Shown here piece after piece: positions 1 through 13,541 of a stretch of DNA of 64,000 nucleotides. Source of the DNA: Chrysomallon squamiferum. Its lineage: Eukaryota; Animalia; Mollusca. Where the stretch lies: NCBI GenBank assembly GCA_012295275.1, contig CM022667.1:11656001-11720000 (forward strand). The letters are read 5' to 3'. Each line of letters starts with the position of its first letter. Positions within the stretch are counted from its first letter, which is position 1. Position numbers and translations under genes: made by a program. The notes under the pieces were generated by a model. That model worked only from the letters and a program-made list of their open reading frames with translations, did no database searches and was not told the origin of the DNA.

Positions 1-63
1 AATAATAACAACAACAATAATAATGATTACAATAATAAATATAATAATAATAACTATTTCTCG

Positions 64-2930
64 TTTTTGTTGTCATTCTATTGTTGTAGTTTTGGGTTTG
101 TTTGGTGGTGTTCTTGTTGTTTTCATTATACTGTTGTAGTTTGGGTTTGTTTGGTGTTGTTATTGTTGTTTTCATTCTGTTGCAGTTTTGGTTTGTTTGG
201 TGTTGTTGTTGTTTTCATTATATTGTTGAAGTTTTGGTTTGTTTGGTGGTTTTGTTGTTTTCATTATACTGTTCTAGTTTTGGTTTGTTTGATGTTGTTG
301 TTGTTTTCATTATTTTGTAGTTTTGGTTTGTTTGGTGTTGTTGTTGTTTTCATTAAATTGTTGTAGTTTTGGTTTTTGTTTCGTGTTGTTGTTTTCATTC
401 TGATGTTGTAGTTTAGGATTGTTTGGTGTTGTTGTTTTCATTATATTATTGTAGTTTTGGTTTGTTTGGTATTGTTGTTGTTGTTGTTTTCATTGTATTG
501 TAGTTTTGGTTTGTTTGGTGTTGTTGTTGTTTTCATTAAATTGTTGTAGTTTAGGATTGTTTGTTGTTGTTGTTGTTTTCATTATATTGTTGTAGTTTTG
601 GTTTGTTTGGTGTTGTTGTTTTCATTTATTGTTGTAGTGTTAGTTTGTTTGGTGTTGTTGTTGTTTTCATTATATTGTTTAGTTTTGGTTTGTTTGTTGT
701 TGTTGTTGTTTTCATTATATTGTTGTAGTTTTTGGTTTGTTTTGTTGTTGTTGTTGTTTTCATTAAAGTGTTAGTTTGTTTGGTGGTTTTGTTGTTTTAA
801 ATCTGATGTTTAGTTTTGGTTTTGTTTGGTGTTGTTGTTGTTTTCATTATCTTGTTGCAGTTTTGGTTTGTTTGGTGTTGTTGTTGTTTTCATTATATTG
901 TTGTAGTTTTGGTTTGTTTGCTGTTGTTGTTTTCATTATATTGTTTTAGTTTTGGTTTGTTTGGTGGTTTTATTGATTTCATTATATTGTTGTAGTTTTG
1001 GTTTGTTTGGTGGTATTGTTGTTGTTGTTATCGTTATATTGTTGTAGTTTTGGTTTGGTGGTTTTGTTGTTGTTTTCATTATCTTGTTGGAGTTTTGGTT
1101 TGTTTGGTGTTAGTTGTTTTCATTATATTGTTGTAGTTTTGGTTTGTTTGGTGGTTTTGTTGTTGTTTTCATTACATTGTTTTAGTTTTGGTTTGTTTGG
1201 TGGTTTTGTTGTTGTTTTCATTACATTGTTTTAGTTTTGGTCTGTTTGGTGTTGTTTTCATTATATTGTTGTAGTTTTGGTTTGTTTGGTGGTTTTGTTG
1301 TTGTTTTCATTATATTGTTGTAGTTTTGGTCTGTTTGTTGTTGTTTTCATTATATTGTTGTAGTTTTGGTTTGTTTGGTGTTGTTGTTGTTTTCATTATA
1401 TTGTTGTAGTTTTGGTTTGTTTGGTGGTTTTGTTGTTGTTTTCATTCTGTTGTTGTAGTTTTGGTTTGTTTAGTGTTGTTGTTTTCATTACATTGTTGTA
1501 GTTTTGGTTTGTTTGTGCTTTTGTTGTTTTCATTATATTGTTGTAGTTTTGGTTTGTTTGGTGGTGTTGCTGTTGTTTTCAGTCTGATGTTATAGTTTTG
1601 GTTTATTTGGTGTTGTTGTTATTTTCATTATATTACTGTAGTTTTGGTTTGTTTGGTGGTGTTGCTGTTGTTTTCAGTCTGATGTTGTAGTTTTGGTTTA
1701 TTTGGTGTTGTTGTTGTTTTCATTATATTGTTGTAGTTTTGGTTTGTATGGTGTTGTTGTTTTCATTATATTGTTGTAGCTTTGGTTTGTTTCGTGTTGT
1801 TGTTGTTGTTGTTGTTTTCATTATATTGTTGTAGTTTTGGTTTGTTTGGTGTTGTTGTTGTTGTTTTCGTTATACTGTTGTAGTTTTGGTTTGTTTGGTG
1901 TTGTTATCATTCTGTTGTTGTATTTTTAGTTGGTTTGGTGTTGTTGTTGTTGTTGTTGTTTTCATTATATTGTTGTAGTTTTGGTTTATTTGCTGTTGTT
2001 GTTTTCATTATATTGTTGTAGTTTTGGTTTGTTTCGTGTTGTTGTTTTCATTATATTTTTTGTAGTTTTGGTTTGTTTGGTGGTTTTGTTGTTGTTTTCA
2101 TTACATTGTTTCAGTCTCTTTGGTGTTGTTGTTTTCATTACATTGTTTTAGTCTCTTTGGTGTTGTTGTTTTTCATTCTGTTGTTGTAGTTTTGGTTTGT
2201 TTGGTGGTTTTGTTGTTTTCATTATATTGTTGTAGTTTTGGTGAGTTTGGTGTTGTTGTTTTCATTATGCTGTTGTAGTTTTGGTTTGTTTGATGTTGTT
2301 TTCATTATATTGTTGTAGTTTTGGTTTTGTTTTGTTGTTTTCATTATATTGTTGTGTTTTTGGTTTGTTTTGGTTTTGTTGTTTTCATTCTATTGTTATA
2401 GTTTTGGTTTGTTTGGTGGTTTTGTTGTTTTAAATCTGATGTTGTAGTTTTGGTTTGTTTGGTGTTGTTGTTGTTTTCATTATACTTTTGTAGTTTTGGT
2501 TTGTTTGGTGGTGTTGTTGTTGTTTTCATTATATTGTTGTAGTTTTGGTTGTTTGATGTTAGTTGTTTTCATTATGCTGTTGTAGTTTTGGTTTGTTTGA
2601 TGTTGTTTTCATTATATTGTTGTAGTTTTGGTTTGTTTGGTGGTTTTGTTGTTTTCATTCTATTGTTATAGTTTTGGTTTGTTTGGTGGTTTTGTTGTTT
2701 TAAATCTGATGTTGTAGTTTTGGTTTGTTTGGTGTTGTTGGTGTTTTCATTATCTTGTTGTAGTTTTTGTTTGTTTGGTGTTGTTGTTTTCATTATCTTG
2801 TTGTAGTTTTGGTTTGTTTGGTGTTGTTGTTGTTGTTTTCATTATATTGTTGTAGTTTTGGTTTGTTTGGTGGTGTTGCTGTTGTTTTCAATTCTATTGT
2901 TGTAGTTTTTGTTTGTTTAGTTTTTTTTTT
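64..2930. repeat. G/T-rich satellite array, ~42-48 bp unit (consensus ~TTTTCATTATATTGTTGTAGTTTTGGTTTGTTTGGTGTTGTTGTTG)
   Basis: About 60 tandem copies are visible directly. Unit length varies with the internal (TTG)n tract. The ORFs called over it are low-complexity artefacts. Confidence 0.95.
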
Positions 2931-3635
2931 TTTTATTCCATTGTAGTTTTTTTGTTTTATTGTGTTGTTATGTTGTTGTTGTTGTTGTGTGTTTTTTTTT
3001 TTTTTTTTTTTTGTGTTTTTTTTTTTTTTTTTTTACTATTTGGTTTCCTTTTATTTGTTGTTGTTGTTGTTTAATAATTTATTATTTGTTTGTTTTGTTT
3101 CTCTGGCTCTTATTGTCTTCTTTCTAACCTTTCTTTGTTTTTGTTTTTGTTAATGCGCTTCATTCTTTCCTTAATTTAACACATTTTTAGCTTAAATTCG
3201 TGTTTATTTTTCTTCGATTCATTTTGTATTCTGTAACGTTTCTCATTATTATTGCTTGGTTGATTCTGGGGATTTTTTTGTTATTGTTGTTTTGTTTTTG
3301 TATTTCTTTATTTTTTATATATTTTTTTTTTTGTTTTTCGTGCTCTTCTTTTTTCACAGAAATGCGATATTTTCTACGTCTTGTTTCTAAATTTATACTA
3401 AAATTTATTGTGGTTGTTTTTATATTTTATTTTTTAATTTTATTTATTTTTTTTTTTTTTTTAAATTTAATTTATTGCTGAAGATGTGACCCATACATAA
3501 GTATATAGTTTTTTTTACACATGTAATTACGTATGAGTGTTTGTGTGCAGATAAACATAGTTATATATATAATTATGACATTAAGAATGTGTATATATGT
3601 ATATAAATGCTGTTAACGCAAAAACATAGTGACAC

Positions 3636-3670
<35 letters not shown>

Positions 3671-3992
3671 CAAACATGTATGCACATCTGCACATTTGAG
3701 TGTGCATTTTATTTTCTTTATTTGTTCTTATTGTAAGAAAGAAAAAAAAAGAGTGAAAAAAAATAAGATGTAAGATGGATTATTTTATAACTTTTTATGA
3801 CACATTAAGTGTGATTAATGTTTCTCGTGATATCCTCACCTGTCACTACGTCACAATATGCACGTCACGTCACGTCACAGTATGAAAAGTCACGTCAAAT
3901 TAAAAAAAATAAAGCTGGCAGAGACGTTAAGTGCAAAAACTTTGTTTTCTGACCGGGGGTTATGCAATAAATATATAATATGCTGAGTCGAG

Positions 3993-3993
<1 letters not shown>

Positions 3994-4053
<60 letters not shown>

Positions 4054-4069
4054 TTATCATTATTATTGA

Positions 4070-4109
<40 letters not shown>

Positions 4110-4520
4110 TTATCATTATTATTGATGTTATTAATGATTATTAATGATTATTATTATTATTATTATTATCATCATTATTATTGTTATTAATTATTATATT
4201 ATTATTATCATTATTGTTATTATTATTATTATTATTATTATTTTATCATTATTATTATTGTTATTAATTATTATTATTATCATCATCATCATCATTATTG
4301 TTATTAATTATATTATTATTATTATTGTTATTATTATTATTACTATTAATATTATTATTATTACTACTACTACTACTACTATTATTATTATTATTACTAC
4401 TACTATTGTTATTATTGTTATTAATTATTATTATTAATAATACTCATATATACTAATTATTATTATCATTGTTACTACTTTTATTATTGTTGTTGTTGTT
4501 ATTATTAATTATTATTATTA
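3994..4520. repeat. Compound (ATT)n/(ACT)n/(ATC)n microsatellite
   Basis: Trinucleotide tracts seen directly. Confidence 0.9.
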
Positions 4521-5401
4521 TTTATTTAAATTTATTTTCTATTCATTATCATCTGGCGTCTTTGTTTTCTTTGATTAACATTTTGACATAGCATATTTTC
4601 TTTCAGTATTTTCTAGTAAAATAATGGGTATTTCCAAACACCGAGGTACGTAATGGCGTGTATGGGCAAGCGGGGTATTCCGTTTTTGTAACATCATTCA
4701 TTTTGATCTCACCAACAAATTACAGTTTCTGTTCACCTTCTTCCCTTTTTTTATTTTTTTTTCTGAAGATTTACATCACAATTACGAAATGTTCGACGGA
4801 ATATAATTAATCTCTACACACTTATACTCATAAACTGTTGTTAAAAAACGGAGAATGACCAATAGTTGTTTCTCTCGTATTGCATTTCCAACGTAAACAG
4901 ATATAACAACGTTCATTCAGTTTGTAATCTGTACATAACTTCACCTTGTTTGTTTCCCTGTCCTTCCTGTGTCAGTAGCGCACTTCCTTTGACAGTGTCA
5001 GAGTTCATTGACTTACTCACTGACTTACTGAGTGATCTACTTTTATCATGCCATTCACGTATGACTCAGTCACTTCGTCCCTTAGTGATACACTGACTTA
5101 CTGACTAGCTCATTGATTCCCACGTGTTAATACAATAACAACGACTGCACCAACAACCATTATGATGATGATGATGATGATAATTATTATTATTAATTGC
5201 CATTTTAATAACAACAATAACGATGGTGATGATGATAATGATGATGATGATGATGATACCCTAAATTACCTATTTCCACCGTTCACATAAAATAGTCATA
5301 TGATATAAAATTAGCAAGAAGTTCTTTATTGTTATCTTTTGTATGATTTTTCCCAAAAAACATTTTATATCTGTTTTAATACCGAAATAAATAAATAAAT
5401 A

Positions 5402-5441
<40 letters not shown>

Positions 5442-5964
5442 AAAAGAAAAGAAAAGGAAAAATAAAAGGGATACATAAAAGAAGAAGGATGAAATAAACA
5501 GATGAAAGAAATAACTTACAGAAATTTATAAAAAAAAAAAAAAAATAAAAAAAAAAAAAAAGATTAAAAAAAAAAAGAAATGCATGAAAGAGAGAAGAAA
5601 AAGAAAGAACGAAAAACGAAAGCGATAACGAGTATTATAACCTTGTAAGTTCTAATAATTTCTCTCCGTTACAATAACATTAACATCAGCCTGCGTCACC
5701 GGTGACAAAAGTACAGTCAAACGTTGACATTAATATTTGTCGTCACGAGGAAGTGGCTACGGCGCATGTCCGTTGACTTTAACAAAATGACGGAAGACAT
5801 TAATCTGATTGTTGAAAACGTCTGAATGATTAATGAAAATATACGTTAAAAAAAGATCGACTTGCCCCATTTTGGAATGTGCATGTTGTGTTATTTACTG
5901 GCTTGTTGCTTTGCTCTTTTAATTTATTAAAGTCTTATTTATTTAGTTAGTTATTTATTTATAC

Positions 5965-5995
<31 letters not shown>

Positions 5996-6134
5996 ATTTT
6001 TTTTTATTATTATTTTAATTTTATTTTTTAACTATATTTAATTTTATTTAATTTAAATTTTTTTTAATTTAAATTTCATTTAATTTATAATAATAATAGC
6101 AATAATAATAATGATGATGATGATGATGATGAAC

Positions 6135-6230
6135 ATATTTCCCGTTCCGTCAGTGCTCCATGATTATTTATAAAAGCCCTATGCATTACTCCTGCCTGTT
6201 TATGAAACGATTTCTCACTGTTATCGGGTT
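6135..6230 (+). mobile_element. Degenerate interspersed repeat (SINE-like) fragment
   Basis: TTTCCCGTTCCGTCAGTGCTCCATGA resembles TTTCCAGCCAGTGTCC (~53930) and TTTTCGTTCCTTGCACTGAGCCACA (~54019). Resemblance to an abundant gastropod SINE-like repeat is from recall and unverified. Confidence 0.35.
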
Positions 6231-6341
6231 TTTACTCTTTCAAAGCATTATTAAACCATAAACAAATAACAGACGTATTATATTAATATATATTGTAAAG
6301 CAAATATTCACTGAAAAATTGTTTTACTTTAATATTAAAAA

Positions 6342-6402
<61 letters not shown>

Positions 6403-6452
6403 TAATAATAATAAAATAAAATAATATTAATATTAATAATAATAATAATCAC

Positions 6453-6484
<32 letters not shown>

Positions 6485-6723
6485 CTAATTCAGTTTCGCA
6501 TCTCCCTTTCTCCATTAAAACAACAAGGACATAAAAGTCATATGTTTATCGGAATTTTTTATTTTTATTTTTATTATTTTTTTCCCTTTCTTCCTCTCAT
6601 TAATTATCTCTGTTGTATAATTGTTTTGTAAAAACACTGACCTGATTCTGCTTACGACATAAATTTTAATAGGTTGACACCCAACTTAGCGGAACGAAAT
6701 CTATTATCCCAGTCACACTAAGG

Positions 6724-6731
6724 TATATATA
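6724..6731 (+). promoter_or_regulatory. Candidate TATA box of gene A
   Basis: TATATATA about 97 nt upstream of ATG 6821. Confidence 0.4.
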
Positions 6732-6820
6732 CGGAGTTTCATACAAGACTGCTTCGAAATACGTTTCCACTTCCACTAGCAATTCCTGTCTTTGTTCTCC
6801 GAACTCTCTCAACCGTCAGC

Positions 6821-6926
6821 ATGAAGCTTCTTGTGGTCAGCGGCGTAGTCTTTGTAGTAAGTTTGCTTTTGTTAAAATCTAAATATTTAATTTTTTTCTT
6901 GTTGTTCGTTTTTGTTTTTCTTTTCT

Positions 6927-6963
<37 letters not shown>

Positions 6964-7028
6964 TTGTTTTTTTTTTTTTTTTTTTTATTGTTTGCTCTTT
7001 TTTCTTGTTTTCTTTTTGTCTCTGTTTC

Positions 7029-7070
<42 letters not shown>

Positions 7071-7146
7071 GTTGTTGTTTGTTATTATTGATATAATTAT
7101 CATTGTTATTGTTCCTATTTTATTATTATTCTTTTTTTTATTATTA

Positions 7147-7189
<43 letters not shown>

Positions 7190-7233
7190 TATTATTGATA
7201 TAATTATCATTGTTATTGTTCCTATTTTATTAT

Positions 7234-7279
<46 letters not shown>

Positions 7280-7319
7280 TGTTTGCTCTTTTTTCTTGTT
7301 TTCTTTTTGTCTCTGTTTC

Positions 7320-7357
<38 letters not shown>

Positions 7358-7529
7358 TACTATTATTATTTTTATTATATTTTTATTATTATTGTTATTA
7401 CTATTATTATTCATATTTTTATTATTATTACTATTATTATTATTATTATTATTATTACTATTATTATTATTATTATTATTATTACTATTATTATTTTTAT
7501 TATTATTATTACTATTATTATTTTTATTA

Positions 7530-7590
<61 letters not shown>

Positions 7591-8769
7591 CATTATTATT
7601 ATATCGTAACATTTAGCAGATCTTTCTTTTATGGTTGATTTGTCTCCACCTGCTTTTGTCTATCTGTCTATATGTCTATCTCTATGTCTGTCTATCTAAT
7701 TATCTATCTATCTATGTATCAAATTTCTATCTATCTATTTTAATATTTATCTGTGTGTGTGGGGGAGAGTGCGTGCGTATCTAGTTATTTATTACTCTGT
7801 ATTAATTAAAAATAGTATCTTTATTGTGACTGTAAAATTATGTTGCTATGGAGATAATTATGTATGTATATAAAACATCATTTTAAAAAATGTTTCTGTT
7901 TTATTTTTCAGCTTTCAGTATTCTACTGCACAGGTAACCTTTTTAATTCTGAAATTATATAACACATATTTAAAAATATATCGTCAGTACGAATTATAAC
8001 CTAACTGGAGAATTCCATAATAAAAATAAAAAAATGTAATAATTATAAAAATGATGATGATGACGATGATGATGATGATCATCATCATGATGATGATATC
8101 AACAACTGTAAATAAATTATTGTTAAAATACACACTTAATTTCTATTTGGAAAAACAAAAAACAAAAGGCATGGTACAGTTAAATATAGAAAGTGTATAT
8201 ATAAAATATAACAACAGTGTCTATAACGCCAAACGAAACAAGGTATTTTTACATCCATGTTCGTCTATTTATTTATTTATTTATTTATTTATTTATGTAT
8301 TTATTTATTTATTTATTTATTTATTATTTTAGCTGAGGAAACTTGCTCTGGTCACGACGTATCAACCTGCAGCAACGTCTGCGGCCCCCATCAGCATCTC
8401 ACGTGTTTCAACGGTTTCTGTGGCTGCTCTCACGACGTCGGAATCGAGGGTGACTGCGTCAACAACAGCACTGCTCCATGCAAGGGAACCTGCGTTTTCG
8501 GTGATGAAACTTTGGTAAGTAAAATTATTATTTTATTTTTTTTTTTTTTTTTTATTTTATTAATTTATATTTTTATCTATATAATATAATGAAATAAATA
8601 AATAAATGAAATAAATGAAATAAATAAATAAATAAATAAATAACGGAAAATATAAAAATATAAACAAATTATTATTACTACTGTTGCTATTATTATTACT
8701 ATTGTTCTTCTTCTTCTTCTTCTTCTTCTTCTTATTATTATTATTATTATTATTAGTATTAGTATTGTA

Positions 8770-8833
<64 letters not shown>

Positions 8834-8933
8834 TGTTGTTGTTATTATTATTATTAATATTATTATTATTATTATTATTTATTTATTTTTATTTTTATTT
8901 TTATTTTTATTTTTATTTTTATTTTTATTTTTA

Positions 8934-8964
<31 letters not shown>

Positions 8965-9530
8965 TTTATTTTTATATATATTTACTTTATCTTTTTTTAA
9001 CTCCTTTTTCTTTTTCCCAAAAATCTTTATTCTTGTTTAATTTCACAAAATGGAAATTAACCGTTAACATCATGCAGGTGATGTAACCTCTAAAATCACT
9101 GTAGCGTGACGTCTAAGGTCATATCCCATGCGTTAAATAAACGACTGTCACCTTGAGTAATGACGTCAGCTGTAGGCAATGAATTAAAGTACGAAACTGT
9201 GACCTAAATTGCCCAATGAAAAGGAAAAAACAGAAAAAAACAAAGAAAAGCTAACTCTTCAAGAATGTATTATGGAGTCTGTATATTTTTGTTATTAAAC
9301 CCTACACTGGAAATGTACAGACGGGTGTCATATAACAGGCTACAAATAGGATACGATACTACACTTAAATGAAGTGTCTGTAGTTTTGTTGTTGCAAGTC
9401 CTGTGGTACGTAGTGCTCTGCTGCGGAAAAAAAAAAAGGACCATTTTCAGACATTTTTTTAAGAAATTCACTAAGAGTAATGGCCACGATTTCTTTTATC
9501 AGTAGACTTTATTTTTATTATTCCTTTAAT

Positions 9531-9569
<39 letters not shown>

Positions 9570-9685
9570 TTTTTTTGTTTTTATTATTTATTTATTTATT
9601 TATTATTATATATTTATTATAATTATTTTATTTATTTATTTATTATTTATATCTTAATTTATTTATTTTATTTATTATTATATAT

Positions 9686-9724
<39 letters not shown>

Positions 9725-9815
9725 TTATATATTTATTATTATATATTTATTTATTTATTTATTTTTTTCATTACTCAGATGTTTATTTATTTGTCGTTAT
9801 TATACAAAATTTAAA

Positions 9816-9846
<31 letters not shown>

Positions 9847-10297
9847 ATTTATATATTGCAACCTGCCCCCCCACCAGCACGACATGGTCGTCTACAACCG
9901 CAAGTGTCACTGTATATATATATTTATTCGTGCTCAGCCGGAGATTTATCAGGATGTGTTCAGATGTGGAAACGGAGCAATCAAGGTATTTTATTTTTAT
10001 TTTATTTTAACAAAACTCTCTCTCTCTCTCTTTTTTCTCTCTCTCTCGTTCTCTCAGCTGCGAGTTCTCTCTCTCTCTCGTTCGCTCTCTCTTTCTATCT
10101 CGTCCTTTCTCTCCCTCACTCTCTCGACTCTCTTTCTCTCTGTCCCTCTCTCTCTTTCAAGCTCTCTGTCACTGTCTCTCATATGTTCTCTCTCTTTCTT
10201 TCTCGTCCTCTCTCTCGTGTCTCTCTCGTTCTGTCTCTTTCTTTCTCGTCCTCTCAATCGTTCTCTTTTATTTTCTTTTTTCTTTTTTCTCTCTCTC

Positions 10298-10376
<79 letters not shown>

Positions 10377-10658
10377 TTATCTTTATTTACATCTCTTTTT
10401 TTTCTCTCTCTCTGTCTACCTATATGTCTGTCTATCTATCTGTCTGCTATCTATAGATTTGTCTGTGTCTTCTTCATCTCTCTATATATATCTCAATTTC
10501 TTCATCTCTATATCTCTATTTATCTGTTTCTCTTTCCAGGGGTCTATCTATGTCAGTAATTTGTGGTAATATTTAGTTGACGATGTCTTTTTTTTTTTTT
10601 TTTTTTCCAGATTTGCCATCTTAAAAAGTGTTTCTGTGATCACGTCCTTTTGCGTTAA
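6821..10658 (+). CDS. Gene A: secreted Cys-rich protein, ~131 aa, three 6-Cys-type modules; resembles molluscan cvSI serine protease inhibitors (MEROPS I84)
   Basis: Exons 6821-6856, 7912-7933, 8333-8514, 9878-9985, 10611-10658, all GT-AG with matching phases (0,1,0,0). Signal peptide MKLLVVSGVVFVLSVFYCTA, then EETCSGHDVSTCSNVCGPHQHLTCFNGFCGC...DCVNNSTAPCKGTC...RKCHC...RCGNGAIKICHLKKCFCDHVLLR*. Module 1 is C-x7-C-x3-C-x7-C-x4-C-x-C. Family assignment rests on Cys pattern only. Confidence 0.75.
6986..7340. repeat. Local duplication inside intron 1 of gene A, embedded in (TTA)n/poly-T
   Basis: TTATTGTTTGCTCTTTTTTCTTGTTTTCTTTTTGTCTCTGTTTCTTTATT occurs at ~6986 and ~7277. TTATTGATATAATTATCATTGTTATTGTTCCTATTTT occurs at ~7085 and ~7192. 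Confidence 0.85.
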
Positions 10659-11060
10659 TCTGACTCGGTGTTCGACATGGACTCTTGTTAAATGACATAT
10701 GGTAAATACATTCTTAAACAGCAATACTTCAGTATTGATTTTATTTATTTATTCTGTTAAATGTATGGTAAATACAATTTTAAATAGAAATACTCTAATA
10801 ACGTATTATAAAAGAAATTATTTTATTATATATATTTTTTTTTTTATTAAGGATAACAACGTTCTTTTTATGCATATCTAATTCTATATCTCTCTGATTA
10901 AGATTCACTAATTGACTTTTACATTATACTGCTGTGCTTCTTTGTCTTTCTCTCTTTCTTTATATTCCTTCTCTTTCACAGCAGAAATAAGCTACATACG
11001 CATACACACACTATCTATATAATCTATTTATCTCATAATATTTTTTTGTTTTGTTTTCAG

Positions 11061-11108
11061 ATTTAGTTGCCGACTCTATCAAACCTGAAACGTTTTCTTT
11101 TCAATAAA
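11061..11108 (+). other. Putative non-coding terminal exon and polyA signal of gene A
   Basis: Donor ATG|GTAAAT at 10702, 43 nt after the stop; strong acceptor TTTTGTTTTCAG at 11060; AATAAA at 11103. Confidence 0.4.
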
Positions 11109-11589
11109 AGAATGTATATGCAAAATAAATGATTTTGTTATTATTTAATTTGTTTGTTACCGACAATAAATAGACATATATAATTAAATTATTTATTTAT
11201 AACTTTTTCTGAAGTGAGAAATACACACACACACAGGCACATACAGAGAGAGAGAGAGAGATTGTGGTTTCAGGATTATTAATACATATAAATATATATA
11301 TATATACACACACACATACACATACACACATTCACACACACACTCACATACATACACATACACATTCACATACACATACACACACTCACACAAATACACA
11401 CACACACACATTCACACACATACACACATATACACATATACACATTCACACACACATACACATACGCACACATTCACACACACATATACATATACACATA
11501 AACACACACACATACGTATACACTCTCACACACACACACGCATACACACAGCGATCCACGTCTTGCTTCGAGATGGCGTAAAACTCGGG

Positions 11590-11764
<175 letters not shown>

Positions 11765-12319
11765 TTTCAAGATTATCAGTTTATTATAATATATAAAACA
11801 TACAAACATAAACGCACACGCAGGCATACGTACACATTGCAAAGTACTGTCAAACAGTTATCAAGTATAATGTGCTTATTTTCATTAAGTCTGTGTCATT
11901 AAGTATTATTAATATCACAATAAAAAAAATTATCCAGCATGAAAAAAAAACAAATTTCTTTCAAACATCATTACATTTCAACTTTTAATTATAGCAAACA
12001 TTACGACGTATTACTACTAACATTGTTACTGCCATGATAGAATAATCGCTATAACTACCATTACTATTGCAACTATTACAACAACTACTATACTACTACT
12101 ATTACTACGACTATTACCGCAACTACTATTGCTGTTAGCACTACAACTATTACTACTGTTACTACTGCTATTGATACTACTAATACGACTACTGGGATTT
12201 GTATATTTGTATTTTTTCACTAACAGTGTTACATTAGCACTTTTGCAATAAATACGACTACAGTTACTACTTCTACGTCTACTACGTCGTCTTCTATTAA
12301 TAGTATTAATGTTCCTTAA

Positions 12320-12443
12320 CAACAGTAGTAGTTGCAGTAGTACTTGAAGTAGTAGTAACAGTAGTAGCAGCAATAGTAACAGTAGAAGTAGTAGTAGTAG
12401 CAGTAGCAGTAGCAGTAGTAGTAGTAGTAGCAGTAGCAGTAGC

Positions 12444-12478
<35 letters not shown>

Positions 12479-13052
12479 AACTAGTAGTAGTAGTAGTAGT
12501 AGAACTAGTAGTAGTAGTCCTAGTAGAAGCAGAAATAGTAATAGGAAGAGGAGGGGAAGTATGTTAAACTATGCAAACTATGAGGTGCGTATGTGCGAGA
12601 TTTCTTATGTTCAGAATGGTGAATGTTTTGGAAAAGAAGAAAAAAAAGAGTAAAATATCATTTTGATGTTTTTGATTTTGGTCGTAAAGCAATATAAATG
12701 TTTTGTTATGTAGATTCAATACAAGAGAAATAAAACATACCAAATAATAAAAATAATAATAACAACAACAACAATAATAATAATAACAATAATAACAAGA
12801 ACATTGTTGTTGTTGAAATTGTTATTATTATTATTATTATTGTTGTTGTTATTGTTTTGTTGTTAATATTGTTATTGTTGTTGCTGCTGCTACTGTTGTT
12901 GTTGTTGTTGCTATCATTATTATTATTGTTGTTGTTGTTGTTGTTACTATTGTAATTGTTGTTGCTGCTGCTGTTGTTGTTGTTGTTATTATTATTAGTA
13001 GTAGTAGTAATAGTAGTAATAGTAGTAGTAGTAGTAGTAATGGTAGTAGTAA

Positions 13053-13105
<53 letters not shown>
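12320..13105. repeat. (AGT)n/(TTG)n/(AAT)n compound microsatellites
   Basis: Seen directly. Confidence 0.85.
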
Positions 13106-13425
13106 AACATTTAATATTTCCCAAAACCAGACCTCAAGCCTGTGTAAGGAAAATGTCCTTTTATCAGGATGCACTGCAATCCGAGCAGTTTTGTTTAACA
13201 GCTAAAAGAATAAAATTTAAACAATTCAGACAAAACAAAAACACATGAAAGCTTAATACATCAAATTCATCACAAAAACTGAGGTCGTCGGATATTTTAT
13301 TTTCATTCTTCTACCGCAATAAATGCTTTCATAAAAGGAATATTATGATGGATTACATTTCTTTTTTAGGCAGTGTCTGCTCTCATTATATCAATTATCT
13401 ACGACAAATTCCTGGTGGACTCTGC

Positions 13426-13432
13426 TATAAAA
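13426..13432 (+). promoter_or_regulatory. TATA box of gene B
   Basis: TATAAAA 116 nt upstream of ATG 13542. Confidence 0.55.
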
Positions 13433-13541
13433 ACAAAACAATCGACGCCTGTTACGACGTTGGTCGTTACGTTCCGGATTTCTGCAGTGTTGCTGACGCT
13501 TCGAGAAGAAATTTTCTGTCCTCTTTTTTGGAAAATCAAAG

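Noticed and set aside
64-2930. Possible CRISPR array or telomeric repeat
   Set aside because: There are no unique spacers, the context is eukaryotic, and there are no TTAGGG arrays.
67-7638. Many ORFs rich in L/F/V/C/I/Y/N
   Set aside because: They are translations of the satellite and of trinucleotide or poly-T tracts. Only the first 12 codons of 6821..7096 are real coding sequence.
9986-10569. 237 aa and 190 aa SL-rich ORFs
   Set aside because: Beyond the donor at 9986 they run through a (CT)n intron.
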